Positions 15,761-19,520 of a stretch of 19,520 nucleotides of DNA are shown here, in pieces. How positions within the stretch are numbered: the first letter of the stretch is position 1; each line of letters begins with the position of its first letter. The stretch comes from an uncultured bacterium (GTDB lineage Bacteria; Abyssobacteria; SURF-5): assembly GCA_964510165.1 (NCBI GenBank), contig CAZEBC010000061.1, forward strand, positions 1 through 19,520, given 5' to 3'. The notes under the pieces are model-generated. The model was given only the letters and a program-made list of their open reading frames with translations. It was not told the origin of the DNA and did not search any database. Position numbers and translations under genes: made by a program.

Positions 15761-16846
15761 ATGTACCTGCCACCCCTGTTCAAGGCCTACCCTATACTGC
15801 GGGAAAAGGTCCCCTTCATCCCGATGGGCACATACCCCACGCGCGTGCACGAACTGTCAAAGCTCGGAGAATCCATCGGGTGCCGGCGCCTCTGGATCAA
15901 GCGGGACGATGAAAGCAGCGACATCTATGGCGGCAACAAGGTCCGCATGATGGAGTTCGTGCTCGCGGACGCCAAACGCAAGAAGCGAACCGCGCTGGTA
16001 TGTTGGGGTTCGCTCGGCTCGAATCAGGTGATGGCCACGTGTATTTGGGGGCGTCGTCTCGGATTCGAGAGAATTTCCGCCGTTTTCAACAAACAGCCTA
16101 TCCATGACTATGTTCGGCGCAATCTTCTGATTGACGCCTCCCTTGGCGCGAGAATGGATTACGCGAATTCACCCGCCGAACTGACGCTCAAGCTGCTCGC
16201 CCAATACCTCAAGCACTGCAATCCGCTCAAGGGAGAAAGGCCGTACCTCGTTCCCATGGTCGGCTCTTCCGCCTTAAGCTGTCTCGGCTATGTGAACGCG
16301 GCGTTCGAACTCAAGGAACAAATCGAACAAGGCCTCGTTCCGGAACCGGACCTCATCTTCGTCACGGTCGGGACCGGCGGCACGATGGCAGGGCTGGAGC
16401 TTGGGATGCGCCTGGCGGGGCTGAAGGGGACGGTCGTCGGCGTGCGTGTGCTCGAGCGCCAGTTCTCCAACGAACGCATCATCGCGTGGGAGATCAACCG
16501 CACCATTCGCTACCTGAAGCGGTGCGGATGCTCCATCAGTTTACCTCGATACCGGCCGCAGGACATCGCGCTCGAGCATGACTTCTTCGGCGAATGCTAC
16601 GCCGCGCCAACGGAAGAGGGAGAGCAGGCGATACAGGCAGCCCTCGAACACGAGAACCTGGCGCTGGATATCACCTACACCGGCAAGACGATGGCTGCTT
16701 TGATGTGTATTGTCAGCAAGGACGATAACGCCTCAAAGAACATCCTCTTCTGGCACACGCTGAACTCGGTTGACCTCGCCCCATTCCTCAAGAACGCGCC
16801 CGACCCCCGCTCCCTCCCCCACAAATTCCACAAGTATTTCCAGTGA
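15761..16846 (+). CDS. PLP-dependent enzyme, D-cysteine desulfhydrase / ACC deaminase family (fold type II)
   Basis: PT...LWIKRDD...YGGNKVR (Schiff-base Lys), GSN, GYVNAAFEL, VGTGGTMAGL, LDITYTGK, LFWHT. Alternative ATG at 15746. Confidence 0.9.
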   Translation: MYLPPLFKAYPILREKVPFIPMGTYPTRVHELSKLGESIGCRRLWIKRDDESSDIYGGNKVRMMEFVLADAKRKKRTALVCWGSLGSNQVMATCIWGRRLGFERISAVFNKQPIHDYVRRNLLIDASLGARMDYANSPAELTLKLLAQYLKHCNPLKGERPYLVPMVGSSALSCLGYVNAAFELKEQIEQGLVPEPDLIFVTVGTGGTMAGLELGMRLAGLKGTVVGVRVLERQFSNERIIAWEINRTIRYLKRCGCSISLPRYRPQDIALEHDFFGECYAAPTEEGEQAIQAALEHENLALDITYTGKTMAALMCIVSKDDNASKNILFWHTLNSVDLAPFLKNAPDPRSLPHKFHKYFQ

Positions 16847-16916
16847 GAATCAAGAGAGTCAGCCCTCGACATCGGACATAAGGGGGGGCCATTCCACGGT
16901 CTTGCGGGCAACACGC

Positions 16917-19511
16917 TTATTCGACGTTTCCGACGAAGACGATGGCATAACGCTCGAGGTCGAACACATTGGCGGCCACTCGGCGGATGTCGTCCGGAGT
17001 GATCGAGCGCACTCGTTCGTCATAGCGTCGGTAGTTGTCGAACCCCATCCCATAGAGTTCATCAAAGGAAGCCTCAGTGGCGATTTGGCCATTGGTCTGC
17101 AGCCCGATTGCATGCGTGCCCACGGCCTCTGTCTTGGTGCGTTCGAGATCGCTTTCCTCGATACCGCGTTCGCGAAGGTCGCGGATGATTTCAAACATGC
17201 CGGCGACGGCCTCGTCGCGCTTTTCGGGGACTGTGACGACGTACACGACAAAAGCGCCCGGCTCGACGCCCATGATGTTGAACGCGCCCACCGAGTACGC
17301 CAGCCCGCGTTCATCACGCAGCACGGTGAACAGCTTGCCGCCCTGACTATTGAGCGAGGTCGCGATGATCTCAAGCGGGTAGCGGTCGGGGTCTGCCACG
17401 GTCGCGCCGCGAAATCCGACCAGAATTGCGAGTTGTTCCTTGTTCATGCGCTTGCTCGCCTGCCTGACGCTGTCGGGGAAGGGGTCGCCGCCGGTGTTGG
17501 GCGAGAACGGCTCGCCTTTCTTCAGGCCTCCGAAATGAGTTCGGGCGAATTCGAGCGCGCTTGACTTGTCGATGTCGCCGAAGATGGAAAGCACCATCCT
17601 CGAGGCCGCCACTGCTTCTGAATGATAGCGATTCAACTCCTCAGGAGTAACAGACTGAACGACCTCCGGGTTGCCCTCCACAAGGAAGCCGTATGGATGG
17701 TTCGCAAACATGGTTTCGCGGAACAGCTTGATGGATGAGGGGAAAATGTCGTCGTTGACACTCTTGATTTTCGCGATGGCGGCGGTCTTCTCGCGCTCGA
17801 CGTGCTCCGGCGGGAAGGAGGGATTGGCCACGATATCGCCCAGCACTGCGAGTCCGGCCTCGAGGTCGCGGCTGAGCATGTCCAGCTCGAACCCGAAACT
17901 GTTGTATCCGGAGAAGGCCTCTATGGAGCCGCCGCGCGACTCAATGGCCGAGGCTATCTGTTCGGCAGTCCGGGTGGTCGTCCCTTTGAGCATCGTCTCG
18001 CTCATAAGATTGGTTATTCCGTTGTTTGAGGGCGTCTCGGCCCTGGCGCCGCCAAGAATAACCAGCCGCACGGCCACGGAGGGATTGTCGTGATTCTCGC
18101 GCAGTAACAGCGTCAGTCCGTTGGAGAGAACCTTTCTCTCTACACGTGACTCTGTCGGCTGCTCAGGCTGCGGTTGCGCCTCGGGGGCGGGTGACGGCTT
18201 TCCGGCGGGCATCAGCGTCGCGGCGACCAAAGCCTCTTTGCGAAAGTATGTCTTGGCAACCCGCGTGATGTCCTCCGCAGTCACCCGGCTGACTGACTCG
18301 ACATAGCGTCTGTCGAAATGGATGTCGTGCGCGTCGAGTTCGCCGTAGCCCAGGCTGCGCGCTTGTCCCTCGACAGACTCTCGGGAGAAGATGTAGTTAC
18401 TCAAGACCTTGGCGCGGGCAGTCTCGAGTTCCTGCTCCGCCACAGGCTCCGACTTGAGCTTTTCGATCTGTTCCCATATGCCGTCTTTGACGGCGTTGTA
18501 GTTTTCAGGCTCGAATGAACTCGCAATCCAGAACATGCCGGGGTCTTGAGGAGTCGCCGACCACGCCTCGACGTGGTACACGATGCTTCTGTTCTGACGC
18601 AGTTCGCGGTAGAGTCTTGAGGTGTCTCCTCCGCCCAGGATGATCGCCAGCACGTCCATCGCGTACATGTCATTCGATTGTATGCTCGGGCCATGCACCC
18701 CGAGCATGGACTGGGCAACGGTGACGGGGAACTCCTCGACGCGCTCCCGCTCGTCCTGCTGGCGGGGTTCCTGCGGGACAACCGTGGGTCTAATGGACTT
18801 GCGCTCGAACGCGCTGAACGCCGTGGTTATCTTGGGAAGCGCCTCGTCGGCCTCGAAGTCGCCGACGACTATGAACGCGATATTGTTCGGAACATACAAC
18901 CTGCGGTAGTACGTGAGCAGGTCTTCGCGCGACACCTTCCTCAGCAGGCTTTCGTATCCGATCACCGGAATGCCGTAAGGATGAACGGCGTACGCGATCT
19001 CGTGCGCCATCATGTAGAGATGGCGGAACGGGTCGTCGCGGTTCATCTTTATTTCCTTGATGATGACCTCGCGTTCCCGTTCGACCTCCGCCGGGTCAAA
19101 AGTGGAATGCATCAGGGCGTCGGCCATGATATCGAGCGCCTTGTCGAAATAGTCGCTGTGGAAGGTGATGTAATAGACGGTCTTGTCCTGTCCTGTATAT
19201 GCGTTGGTCTGACCTCCCGCCTCCTTTACTTCCTGACCGATCTGACCGACGCTTCGCCGTTCGGTTCCCTTGAACAGCATGTGTTCCACAAAATGGGATA
19301 TCCCGCTCCCGATGAATTCGCCCTCCGTGATGCTGCCCGCTCCGACCCATGCCTGAATGGTGACGACCGGAGCGTTGTGGTTCTCCAGAAGGATGACCGT
19401 CATCCCGTTATCGAGCACTTCGCGGACAGGCTCGCCCGGAGAGGCTGACGCCATGCCCGCGACCAGTATTTGAACGAACACCGCAAAGACGACGATCTTG
19501 ATGCTCTTCAT
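16917..19511 (-). CDS. Secreted M16 (pitrilysin/insulinase family) zinc peptidase with two fused halves
   Basis: RBS AGAGG and signal peptide. Inverted zinc motif HFVEH, NAYT, EREVIIKE in the N-half. C-half is homologous but degenerate (NLMSE) with LRDERGLAYSV. Pro/Glu/Gln-rich linker. Confidence 0.95.
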   Translation of the reverse strand: MKSIKIVVFAVFVQILVAGMASASPGEPVREVLDNGMTVILLENHNAPVVTIQAWVGAGSITEGEFIGSGISHFVEHMLFKGTERRSVGQIGQEVKEAGGQTNAYTGQDKTVYYITFHSDYFDKALDIMADALMHSTFDPAEVEREREVIIKEIKMNRDDPFRHLYMMAHEIAYAVHPYGIPVIGYESLLRKVSREDLLTYYRRLYVPNNIAFIVVGDFEADEALPKITTAFSAFERKSIRPTVVPQEPRQQDERERVEEFPVTVAQSMLGVHGPSIQSNDMYAMDVLAIILGGGDTSRLYRELRQNRSIVYHVEAWSATPQDPGMFWIASSFEPENYNAVKDGIWEQIEKLKSEPVAEQELETARAKVLSNYIFSRESVEGQARSLGYGELDAHDIHFDRRYVESVSRVTAEDITRVAKTYFRKEALVAATLMPAGKPSPAPEAQPQPEQPTESRVERKVLSNGLTLLLRENHDNPSVAVRLVILGGARAETPSNNGITNLMSETMLKGTTTRTAEQIASAIESRGGSIEAFSGYNSFGFELDMLSRDLEAGLAVLGDIVANPSFPPEHVEREKTAAIAKIKSVNDDIFPSSIKLFRETMFANHPYGFLVEGNPEVVQSVTPEELNRYHSEAVAASRMVLSIFGDIDKSSALEFARTHFGGLKKGEPFSPNTGGDPFPDSVRQASKRMNKEQLAILVGFRGATVADPDRYPLEIIATSLNSQGGKLFTVLRDERGLAYSVGAFNIMGVEPGAFVVYVVTVPEKRDEAVAGMFEIIRDLRERGIEESDLERTKTEAVGTHAIGLQTNGQIATEASFDELYGMGFDNYRRYDERVRSITPDDIRRVAANVFDLERYAIVFVGNVE

Positions 19512-19520
19512 TTTACCTCT

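Noticed and set aside
16770-19448. Plus-strand ORFs over the M16 peptidase (16770-17564, 18678-19448)
   Set aside because: Antisense shadows with no motifs.
1-19520. CRISPR array, tRNA/rRNA, transposase/integrase, defence nuclease
   Set aside because: I saw no regularly spaced repeat-spacer units, RNA-gene signatures or such protein motifs.

Overview
GC-rich bacterial chromosomal window from a diderm organism (it encodes an outer-membrane porin). From left to right: (1) a minus-strand sigma54 enhancer-binding response regulator whose phospho-acceptor Asp is replaced by Glu; (2) a divergent plus-strand signalling cluster of a VWA/TM/degenerate-FHA/DUF6982-like membrane protein, a small membrane-anchored Cys-rich protein, a Hanks-type Ser/Thr kinase with a TM helix and PQQ-like repeats, and a lipoprotein alkaline phosphatase; (3) a unit preceded by 11-bp-periodic TTAACA-type repeats (Pho-box-like) with a small CxxC-CxxC protein, a sensorless histidine kinase, a small 2-TM ORF and a putative porin; (4) pstSCAB-phoU preceded by a second, four-unit Pho-box-like array; (5) a DUF378 protein, a PLP enzyme of the D-cysteine desulfhydrase/ACC deaminase family and a secreted M16 zinc peptidase. 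Several REP-like palindromes lie in intergenic gaps. No phoB/phoR, RNA genes, CRISPR array or transposase were seen. The best candidate for an undescribed system is the VWA-pseudoFHA-DUF6982 / Zn-ribbon / Ser-Thr kinase / phosphatase module next to a Pho regulon with unusual regulatory parts. All family assignments come from motif recognition by eye, not database searches.
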